From contig CAXSGP010000066.1 in the NCBI GenBank assembly GCA_964236955.1, forward strand, positions 1-25,480: 25,480 bases of DNA, written 5' to 3'. Both the position numbers and the translations under genes were made by a program. Every line of letters begins with the position of its first letter. Within the stretch, counting starts at the first letter, position 1. The notes beneath the pieces are model-generated. The model saw nothing but the letters and a program-made list of their open reading frames with translations. It was not told the origin of the DNA and searched no databases. This stretch comes from an uncultured Oligoflexus sp. (lineage in GTDB: Bacteria > Bdellovibrionota_B > Oligoflexia > Oligoflexales > Oligoflexaceae). Shown here piece after piece: positions 18,564-25,480 of this stretch.

Positions 18564-19388
18564 CTAAAAGAATCGTGAGATACCAAGAAGGATCGTGATG
18601 ACGTCATGGGAGGCCCCACTTGCAAACTGCTGACCGGTCGCCTGTGCTTTGAGTGGACTGCATTCGGCATCGATCTCGTTATAGAGAAATCTGTGGAATT
18701 TGATCTCAAATCGATAAGAGGTCGTACGGTTGATGAAATAGCGTTGGCCGCCACCCACCATAAAGGTTGGATAGCCTTTCACGACATTGGTCGGCAGGGC
18801 TTCGGCATCCTTATCGGTTGCCGATGGCGCTTCGCAAAAGTCGTCATAACGCCAGTCGATTCCGGTCTGGCCAACGCCGGCCGAGAGATAGGTATCGAAG
18901 TATATGAGTCGGCCCGAAGGCAGCTGCCATTTGCCGTAAATAGGCGTATACTGCAGAGCTAACTCAGCCTGATATTGCGTTCTGAAAATTTGGGTTTTAA
19001 TATCAAACTCGTCGAACAGGACACGTTTATCCTCGCGGTCAACGTTTAGTCCGTAAGACAGCGTGCCTTCGATTGCCCACTCTTCATTGAAATGGAACGT
19101 GGCTATACCCGTGCCCATGAAGGTATAAATGAAACTTTCATTCATGATCGCATTGAACGCGGCGCCTAATTCGAAGCGCTTTGATTTATTAAAATACCGG
19201 GGTCGGATGACTCGGATCTCGGTATTTTTGAAACGCTCGGCCTCAGCGGACGGTGCTCCGGGGTCCTCAGCTGCCTGGACCCTCAGGGTCAGGCCGGTTT
19301 CGATAAACGCAAAGGCCAGGAGCGCTATCAAGCTACTCCGGCCGATGTCCCGGATCAATTTGCTGCATTGAGGCAGAAGGGCCTTCAT
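18564..19388 (-). CDS. Outer-membrane beta-barrel protein, GltA/GltB-like
   Basis: Signal peptide, IRVI..YF.K..RFEL, amphipathic beta strands, YTPIYGK..YFD.Y and a C-terminal Phe (LGISRFF). Confidence 0.82.
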   Translation of the reverse strand: MKALLPQCSKLIRDIGRSSLIALLAFAFIETGLTLRVQAAEDPGAPSAEAERFKNTEIRVIRPRYFNKSKRFELGAAFNAIMNESFIYTFMGTGIATFHFNEEWAIEGTLSYGLNVDREDKRVLFDEFDIKTQIFRTQYQAELALQYTPIYGKWQLPSGRLIYFDTYLSAGVGQTGIDWRYDDFCEAPSATDKDAEALPTNVVKGYPTFMVGGGQRYFINRTTSYRFEIKFHRFLYNEIDAECSPLKAQATGQQFASGASHDVITILLGISRFF

Positions 19389-19405
19389 GTTTGCCTTTCT
19401 TCAGT

Positions 19406-19918
19406 CTAGATCGACTCTTTAGCCACCAAGAGCTTAAAGGTGATGAAATTCGCCTGTTGGCCTGAGAGCATAATTCTTTTCAAGAGCTGAAACTCGTGCT
19501 TCTTATCCATCTCGATCGTGATCTCGCCTGGCTTGCCTTTCTTTTCGGCGTTCGGGTCTTCCTTACGGAACTCGGCCATTGCCTTGGCGTTGGCTTCATC
19601 GATTTCCTTAAGGGCCAGATAAACAGGCATGATCGCCCCCTGCGAAATATCCGCTTGGGGAACCTTGCCGTTTTCGAGCGTCACGAGTTTTTTGTTATTC
19701 ACAAAAATTTCGTTTCTATTCACCACGATACTCGGCACTTCATCCATGGAAACCATCGTCACCGAATCCGGCAACTCAAGGTTCGCATCGACGTCATGGT
19801 TGGTGGGATCCGTCGAGTAACTCATAAGAAGAAAGGTTACCAAAATGCTGAAGATATCAAGCATCGGAGTAAGGTTGAGTGATAACGACTCATGTGAATC
19901 ACCACCTGTAGATGCCAT
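19406..19918 (-). CDS. ExbD/TolR-family motor subunit (AglS-like)
   Basis: LNLTPMLDIFSILVTFLL TM segment with the conserved Asp. AAGGAG RBS. Confidence 0.9.
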   Translation of the reverse strand: MASTGGDSHESLSLNLTPMLDIFSILVTFLLMSYSTDPTNHDVDANLELPDSVTMVSMDEVPSIVVNRNEIFVNNKKLVTLENGKVPQADISQGAIMPVYLALKEIDEANAKAMAEFRKEDPNAEKKGKPGEITIEMDKKHEFQLLKRIMLSGQQANFITFKLLVAKESI

Positions 19919-19935
19919 GAGGGATCTCCTTTACG

Positions 19936-20481
19936 TTAAAGAATAACACTACCAATTATAACTTTTTCGAAGATGAAGTTACCAGGCGCAGTTTTGCCGT
20001 CCACTGGTGGAAGGTTTAACTTCGGCTCTTTGTCCTTCAACGTCTTTATATTGTCGATAACCTTGACGAGTTGCTCATACTTTACAGTATTGTCAGCATA
20101 CACGGTAACTTTATCGTTTTCGGGCACTTTGGTCCGCAGTTCGATCATCTCTTGATGAAACTTGCCTATATCCGCGTCAGCGAAAGTAAAGGTCTTCTCA
20201 GACTTCTCCTCCGGGGCCGCCGTCCAAAGCGACGCGACCTTGACCTGCGCATCCTCGATATCGACACGAATGGAGAAGGAGCGTTTCGGCTCGTCCTTCA
20301 CATCGGGCGAGTTCGAGAGGAATGGAATCTGGACTTCCAGTACTCCAAGACCTAGGAACGACGCCGAAACCAAGAGAAAGGTATTCAGCATCGAGAAGAT
20401 ATCGATGAAGGGCATGATGTTAAGTTCCGGAGCGTCAGGGCCCGCGGAATCATTTCCTCTTCGCTTCTTATGACTTCCCAC
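19936..20481 (-). CDS. ExbD/TolR-family motor subunit (AglQ-like)
   Basis: ELNIMPFIDIFSMLNTFLL TM segment with the conserved Asp, and AD..VKYEQLVKVID. AGGAG before the GTG. Confidence 0.9.
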   Translation of the reverse strand: MGSHKKRRGNDSAGPDAPELNIMPFIDIFSMLNTFLLVSASFLGLGVLEVQIPFLSNSPDVKDEPKRSFSIRVDIEDAQVKVASLWTAAPEEKSEKTFTFADADIGKFHQEMIELRTKVPENDKVTVYADNTVKYEQLVKVIDNIKTLKDKEPKLNLPPVDGKTAPGNFIFEKVIIGSVIL

Positions 20482-20497
20482 AACTGACTCCTAGGTC

Positions 20498-21154
20498 TTA
20501 GGCTTTTTTGGTGCCTTTTAGCTTCATTTTACGGGTATAAAGCAAGTCAACCAGCTTCGCGGCATTCTTGTTGACATCATCAACGATGATCTTTTGCTTG
20601 GCGGAAAGGACTCCGTAGCAGAAGAGGCAGAAGAGTGCCGAAGAAAGGCCAAAGGAAGTTGCGTTCAAAGCTTCCGAGATACCTTCTGCGAGGAGAGTTT
20701 GCTTCTGTGCACCTGTCGCCTTAGCCACAGCTGCGAAAGAGCGCATCAACCCGAAAATCGTGCCGAGCAGACCCAGCAGCGTCGCCACGTTCGCCGTCGT
20801 CGCCAGGAAGGAGACCGTCTTGTTGATCTTTGGCACGACGGTGAGAACCGCCTGATCAACAGCATTCGAAATTTCCTGGGTGGAATCGTTCGAGCGCTTG
20901 AGGCCTTCCGCCAGGACATAGGGTAGAAGCTTGGGACGAGCTTTTTTACAGAGACGAATCGCGTTTTCAATCGAGTTGTTCATGACCATTTTTTGAACCA
21001 TGGCCATGAAACCGTCGGAATTTACGAGATCGAATTCCATCCAAAGACGGTAGGATCGCTCGATGACAAGCGCCAACGAGATGACCAATGTTGCTAGAAT
21101 CGAAAACATGACAGGATAGCCACCAGACTCAAAATAGTGATGTAGACCCTCCAT
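20498..21154 (-). CDS. aglR: MotA/TolQ/ExbB proton channel protein (AglR-like)
   Basis: Three TM segments, IER, ATLLGLLGTIFGL and GISEALNATSFGL. GGAGG upstream of ATG 21154 (ORF track start is 21196). Confidence 0.9.
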   Translation of the reverse strand: MEGLHHYFESGGYPVMFSILATLVISLALVIERSYRLWMEFDLVNSDGFMAMVQKMVMNNSIENAIRLCKKARPKLLPYVLAEGLKRSNDSTQEISNAVDQAVLTVVPKINKTVSFLATTANVATLLGLLGTIFGLMRSFAAVAKATGAQKQTLLAEGISEALNATSFGLSSALFCLFCYGVLSAKQKIIVDDVNKNAAKLVDLLYTRKMKLKGTKKA

Positions 21155-21239
21155 ACCTAACCCGACCTCCATGATAGGTTGAAGCTTGACCAACAAGCGT
21201 AGCGTAGAAAGCAGAAATAGCTTTTTTGGCTTTACTAAA

Positions 21240-21269
21240 ATTCTACGAACCCTAGACCTATACTGTCAA
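21240..21269 (-). promoter_or_regulatory. Sigma70-type promoter of the agl-glt operon
   Basis: Minus strand TTGACA-N18-TAGAAT, about 85 nt upstream of aglR. Confidence 0.75.
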
Positions 21270-21428
21270 CTACCCCTTTGATCTTTCCTTCAATCTGGCT
21301 GGATTCAGTAGGCAGTTTCGTTTATAGTGAATTCACTCGGTCAGGAAAAAACGACTCTTATTTGCTTTGTCTGAATTGCGAAGATCGTCGCACCTGCAAG
21401 TTGTTCCAGCACCTTAGACAACCCTGGG

Positions 21429-22391
21429 ATGGATATGAAAGCGACTGCACTATTTGCCGACAGCGGCGGTTATAAGCCTCTGCCCACGATTGAAGCTCTT
21501 CGGGTCGTTACACAAGGTCTTGAACTGGAGTCCGTCACGGACTCCCGGGCTGCTCTGCTTATTGTTAACCAGCGCCCTGAAATCGACCTGCTCGTTTCGA
21601 ACGCGCCTGACTTTGAGCTCTTCTCCCAGTTTCGTGCGCGGCATCCCAAAGGCGAGACGATTCTCGTCACCGATTTGGCGATGCGTACCTACTCGGGTCA
21701 GCTGCAGGGGCAGGAAGCCGACCTCATCGACCACGTTATAGTAAACAAAGGTCGCGAAAATTGGACTGTTAATCAATTGCGGGTCACGCTGCACAAGATC
21801 CGGACTAAGGATATCTTTGGCATCGATAAATACCTGGCGATGCATACGCCTATCCATAAGGAAGTTATAAGGTCTTCGCTGGAACGCGAGAACCTCAATC
21901 TCAAGGTCCAGCGTTTTGCCGAAGCCTGTCATCTCGGGCAGCACATCAGTCGGGTGGCCTTTGGTATCACGGAAGAACTTCTGATGAATACAATCTACGA
22001 TGCTCCGGCCGCTGCGGGAATTGCGCGTTTTCAAAATATCGATCAGCTTAACTCCATCGTCCTTCAGCCTGAAGAATACGGGGAACTCAGCTATGCCTGC
22101 GATGGCCAGCTGCTGGCGATTTCGTGTGCCGATCCCTTTGGGGCTTTGCGCAAACAGACCCTGCTTACCTACATGAAAAAAGTTTTGCGACGCGAAGATG
22201 GCGACGGTCTTATCGATGACAAGAAGGGCGGCGCCGGATTGGGTCTCTTTAAAATCCTTTATTCGAGCCACGGCCTGGTCTGCAATGTCGAGAAGGGCAG
22301 ACGGACCGAGATCATGGCCTTGATCGATATCAACGATCCCCTGCGCGATTTTTCCAGTCTGGCTCGGTCCATTCAATACTTCTCCAGCTAA
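21429..22391 (+). CDS. Degenerate receiver-like domain + GHKL/HATPase (anti-sigma kinase-like) domain protein
   Basis: N-terminal IDLLVSN (Asn at the expected phosphoacceptor position). C-terminal EELLMNTIYDA (N box), DPFG (G1-like), GGAGLGL (G2) and GRRTE. Confidence 0.7.
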   Translation: MDMKATALFADSGGYKPLPTIEALRVVTQGLELESVTDSRAALLIVNQRPEIDLLVSNAPDFELFSQFRARHPKGETILVTDLAMRTYSGQLQGQEADLIDHVIVNKGRENWTVNQLRVTLHKIRTKDIFGIDKYLAMHTPIHKEVIRSSLERENLNLKVQRFAEACHLGQHISRVAFGITEELLMNTIYDAPAAAGIARFQNIDQLNSIVLQPEEYGELSYACDGQLLAISCADPFGALRKQTLLTYMKKVLRREDGDGLIDDKKGGAGLGLFKILYSSHGLVCNVEKGRRTEIMALIDINDPLRDFSSLARSIQYFSS

Positions 22392-22600
22392 ATCATGGAA
22401 AGACCTGCTACTGCCTTTGCTTGATATTTTTCTTGCAAAAGGCAGAGGCTTGCAGCGGCTGCTTCTCCCGGCTTCTGCCAGCAAGGCCTGCTCGCATTCC
22501 GAGTCGATCGCCAGGGTTTTGATAGATCGGGCCAGCTTGACAAGCCGTCTTTTCAGTCGCTTTTATCGAATCTTTTTGCACAAGCCCTTTGTATGCTCGC

Positions 22601-22629
22601 TTGCCAATATCCTCATAAGATCCTAGAAT
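22601..22629 (+). promoter_or_regulatory. Sigma70-type promoter of icd
   Basis: TTGCCA-N17-TAGAAT, with predicted transcription start near A22636. Confidence 0.72.
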
Positions 22630-22635
22630 TCCCCC

Positions 22636-22815
22636 ATTGCCATCGACCCTAACCCGGGTCCAGTAGAGGGTAGATTCGGTCCGGATGACGGCTTCGAAGC
22701 TAGCTTTACGCTAAGAGAAGACTCAGCTATTTCCAAAGAATAAGCTGGCCATGGGTCCTTTCGGGAAAGGTTTCGGGGACAAAGGGCTAAGGGTCTGTCG
22801 CAAAACTCAATGACA
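22636..22815 (+). ncRNA. Candidate structured 5' leader / cis-regulatory RNA upstream of icd
   Basis: Long-range closing stem (GACCCT..CCC..GTCC / GGAC..GGG..AGGGTC) enclosing four hairpins. Folded by eye; no family recognised. Confidence 0.4.
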
Positions 22816-22831
22816 AGAGGAGACGGTAATC

Positions 22832-24058
22832 ATGAAAAAAATCAAAGTCAAAAACCCTGTAGTTGAGCTCGATGGTGATGAGATGACTCGCATCATCTGG
22901 CAGAAAATCAAAGACAAACTGATTTTCCCGTTTCTTGATGCCGACATTAAATACTACGATCTATCGATCCAAAACCGGGATGCGACCGACGACAAAGTCA
23001 CGACCGATGCAGCAGCGGCTATCCTTAAGTATGATGTTGGCATCAAGTGCGCGACGATCACGCCCGACGAAGAAAGGGTGACCGAATTTAAACTGAAGAA
23101 GATGTGGAAGAGCCCTAACGGGACGATACGCAACATCCTGGGCGGTACCGTTTTCCGCGAACCCATCATCTGCAAAAATGTGCCGCGTCTAGTTCCCAAC
23201 TGGAAGCGACCTATCGTCGTAGGCCGACATGCTCATGCCGATCAGTATAAGGCCGTTGATATCGACGTGCCAAAAGCCGGTAAAATGAGTCTTGTTTATA
23301 AACCAGCGGACGGGAGCGCCGAGCAAAGCTGGGAAGTATTTGACTTCAAAAGTGCAGGTATAGGCCTGGCCATGTACAACACCGACGAATCGATCGAAGG
23401 CTTCGCCCGTTCTTGCTTTCAGTACGGATTTCAAAAAAAATACCCGGTTTATCTCTCGACTAAAAACACCATCCTCAAAGTCTACGATGGTCATTTCAAG
23501 GATATCTTCCAAAGAATCTTTGATGCGGAGTTCAAGGCGCAATACGTTGCCGCCGACCTCACCTACGAGCATCGTTTGATCGATGATATGGTCGCCCAGG
23601 TTTTGAAATGGGACGGTGGCATCCTTTGGGCTTGCAAAAACTATGATGGAGACGTGCAGTCTGATACTGTCGCTCAGGGCTTCGGAAGCCTTGGCATGAT
23701 GACGTCGGTCCTGATGTGTCCAAACGGTCGGACGATCGAAACGGAAGCTGCACACGGTACGGTCACCCGTCACTACCGTGAACATCAAAAAGGTAAAACC
23801 ACGAGCACCAATCCAATCGCCAGCATCTTTGCCTGGACTCAGGGCTTTGCCCATCGCGGTAAGCTCGACGGTACTCCGGAACTGACCAAATGGGCGGAAA
23901 CTTTGGAAAAAGTCTGTGTCGAAACCATCGAAGCCGGCTTTATGACCAAAGACCTGGCCATCAACATCCACGGCAATAATTTGCCTGCTGGAAGTTATAT
24001 GAGCACGGATGCGTTTTTGGATAAGCTTGCTGAGAACTTTACTAAGAAACTCGGCTGA
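22832..24058 (+). CDS. icd: NADP-dependent isocitrate dehydrogenase (eukaryote-like homodimeric type)
   Basis: [58 protein letters not shown] and [18 protein letters not shown]. Confidence 0.98.
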   Translation: MKKIKVKNPVVELDGDEMTRIIWQKIKDKLIFPFLDADIKYYDLSIQNRDATDDKVTTDAAAAILKYDVGIKCATITPDEERVTEFKLKKMWKSPNGTIRNILGGTVFREPIICKNVPRLVPNWKRPIVVGRHAHADQYKAVDIDVPKAGKMSLVYKPADGSAEQSWEVFDFKSAGIGLAMYNTDESIEGFARSCFQYGFQKKYPVYLSTKNTILKVYDGHFKDIFQRIFDAEFKAQYVAADLTYEHRLIDDMVAQVLKWDGGILWACKNYDGDVQSDTVAQGFGSLGMMTSVLMCPNGRTIETEAAHGTVTRHYREHQKGKTTSTNPIASIFAWTQGFAHRGKLDGTPELTKWAETLEKVCVETIEAGFMTKDLAINIHGNNLPAGSYMSTDAFLDKLAENFTKKLG

Positions 24059-24071
24059 TCCTCGATCATTT

Positions 24072-24093
24072 GCTGAGCCCGAAAGGACTCAGC
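24072..24093. terminator. Hairpin between convergent icd and DMT genes
   Basis: GCTGAG(C)CC-GAAA-GG(A)CTCAGC, lacking a clear U-tract. Confidence 0.55.
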
Positions 24094-24105
24094 GACGCCT
24101 TGACC

Positions 24106-24990
24106 CTAGCCCACAATCATGACCGCAAGTCCTGTCACAACGCCAGCCGTTAACAGCAGGAGCTTCAGACTGATGCGTTCACCCAAAAGAAAATGCGCGA
24201 CGGGCAGTATCCAAATCGGGGTCGTGGAGCTTAGCGCGGTCGCAACCCCAGCCTTCGCGTACTTGGCTCCCACCGACATCAGCAAAAGACCAATAAAGGT
24301 TCCCAAAAAGGCGGCGGCGGCCAGCATCAGGGCTCGCTTCTTTGACTGGAAAATATGCTTAAATTCAAGGAGATCCCCCCGGAAGGCGGCAAAGGTCAAA
24401 AGACCGAGAAAAGCCGCTGCAATTCTCAGAAAAGTTCCAGCCCAGACATCTACACCCTGGAGGGAAAAGCGCAGGCTCGTCATAGCCAAGGCCTGACAAA
24501 AGGCAGCAGCCAATGCGGCTAGCAGTCCTTTGCCTGCTAGTGGCAGAGAATTCTGGGTGGAACGGGCCTTAAGCAGAAGGGCGAGAAAGGTCATTGTGAT
24601 CAAAAGGCCCAGCCATTCGCGTAGGACCAAATACTCATCCCATAAAATCCAGGCGAGAACCGCAGCAAAAGGCGGGGCGAGACATTGAATCACTGCGGTT
24701 CGCTGGACCCCTATCGATTTAAGGGAAAAAAATAAAAGCGAATCCCCCAGTGCAAGACCGATAAGACCGGAACTTGCTAACACGAAATAACTGCGAGGAT
24801 GACTTGGCCAATGCCACAGGGATAGAAGCGCAAGGCTGCCCAGACAAAGTAGAGCTAGACTTGTTTTAAAGAGATTGAGATGGCGTGAACTTACCCCTTG
24901 GCCATACCGCGTGTACAGAGACATTGACAGCGCCCAAATCATTGCGGCAAGTAAAGAAGAGCACTCTCCGAGATACTTCCAACGCTCCAT
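24106..24990 (-). CDS. EamA/DMT family transporter
   Basis: About 10 TM helices in two repeats, with SGLIGLALGD, L.E.L..WLG and LLGERIS. ATG 24990 follows GGGGA. Confidence 0.9.
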   Translation of the reverse strand: MERWKYLGECSSLLAAMIWALSMSLYTRYGQGVSSRHLNLFKTSLALLCLGSLALLSLWHWPSHPRSYFVLASSGLIGLALGDSLLFFSLKSIGVQRTAVIQCLAPPFAAVLAWILWDEYLVLREWLGLLITMTFLALLLKARSTQNSLPLAGKGLLAALAAAFCQALAMTSLRFSLQGVDVWAGTFLRIAAAFLGLLTFAAFRGDLLEFKHIFQSKKRALMLAAAAFLGTFIGLLLMSVGAKYAKAGVATALSSTTPIWILPVAHFLLGERISLKLLLLTAGVVTGLAVMIVG

Positions 24991-25480
24991 TATGTCCCCA
25001 AAAATCACTAAACTGCTGACGCAATCGGATCGGCCTGAAGGCCAATTAGTAGAAACCCTCCGACCAAGCCAGGCCCATCAAAATAATGCCAAGCCCAAGC
25101 CGCGAAATGACCTGGGTTATTTCATCAGATTCATCAATTTTACCACAAATGCCGCTTGGTATTTTGAAAGTTTGGAGGACTAAAGACGTGAACTGCGAGC
25201 TTCGTATGAAGAACTTTTCAAGACATCAATATCTCTCAGCAATGAGAGAGCACTTGATATTCGGGTTGACCTTGCCAAAAGCCTCAATTAACCGACTGCC
25301 TAGTATGCCACGAGACGCCGCTTAAATTTTTTTAGAGAAAAAAAACCTGCTATCCGCTGTCGACCCTGGCCTTTTGCGCAATGCAGAAGGCCTACTTTTT
25401 TATCCGATACCATTTCACGGTCCGAGTTTACCCGGCATAGGCGGCCCTTGTACCGCGGGGCTTGGCCCCGTTCGACGCGC

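Noticed and set aside
19406..21154. Ordinary Tol-Pal or TonB-ExbBD uptake system
   Set aside because: No tolB, pal or TonB-dependent receptor is present; two ExbD genes plus TPR, barrel and FHA genes fit Agl-Glt.
21450..22484. 344-aa minus-strand ORF
   Set aside because: Antisense to the HATPase-motif gene, with no recognisable features.
22661..22800. Lysine riboswitch or hammerhead ribozyme in the icd leader
   Set aside because: AGTAGAGG and GGGAAAGG fragments are present but not with the right order or spacing, and CGGATGA lacks the CUGAUGA/GAAA core.
23189..23971. 260-aa minus-strand ORF
   Set aside because: Antisense shadow of icd.

Overview
Gene-dense bacterial chromosomal window of moderate GC content. 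The gene content suggests a Bdellovibrionota/Oligoflexia-like or Myxococcota-like organism (inference). The main feature is a minus-strand Agl-Glt gliding-motility-type cluster of about 10.7 kb (10435-21154): MotA/TolQ-like AglR, two ExbD/TolR-like proteins, one outer-membrane beta-barrel, three TPR proteins (GltC/D/E-like) and an FHA/TonB-C protein (GltG-like). A LysM-M23 peptidase lipoprotein follows it, and a pseudo-receiver/HATPase gene diverges from it. To the left are a VOC/PhnB protein, an ArsS-type radical SAM gene with its CMD/AhpD-like partner, an orphan ORF, a nucleotide-signalling group (HD-GYP, single-domain response regulator, small alarmone synthetase), an alpha/beta hydrolase and an exported hypothetical protein. 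To the right are NADP-isocitrate dehydrogenase and an EamA/DMT transporter. The best unexplained signal is a ~195-nt highly structured icd leader behind a clear sigma70 promoter, with 14-nt complementarity to the icd 3' hairpin. Other candidate structured leaders and a terminator splitting the glt cluster where gltF normally lies are also notable. No rRNA, tRNA, CRISPR array or transposase was seen. All family calls come from motif recognition, not database searches, and RNA structures were folded by eye.
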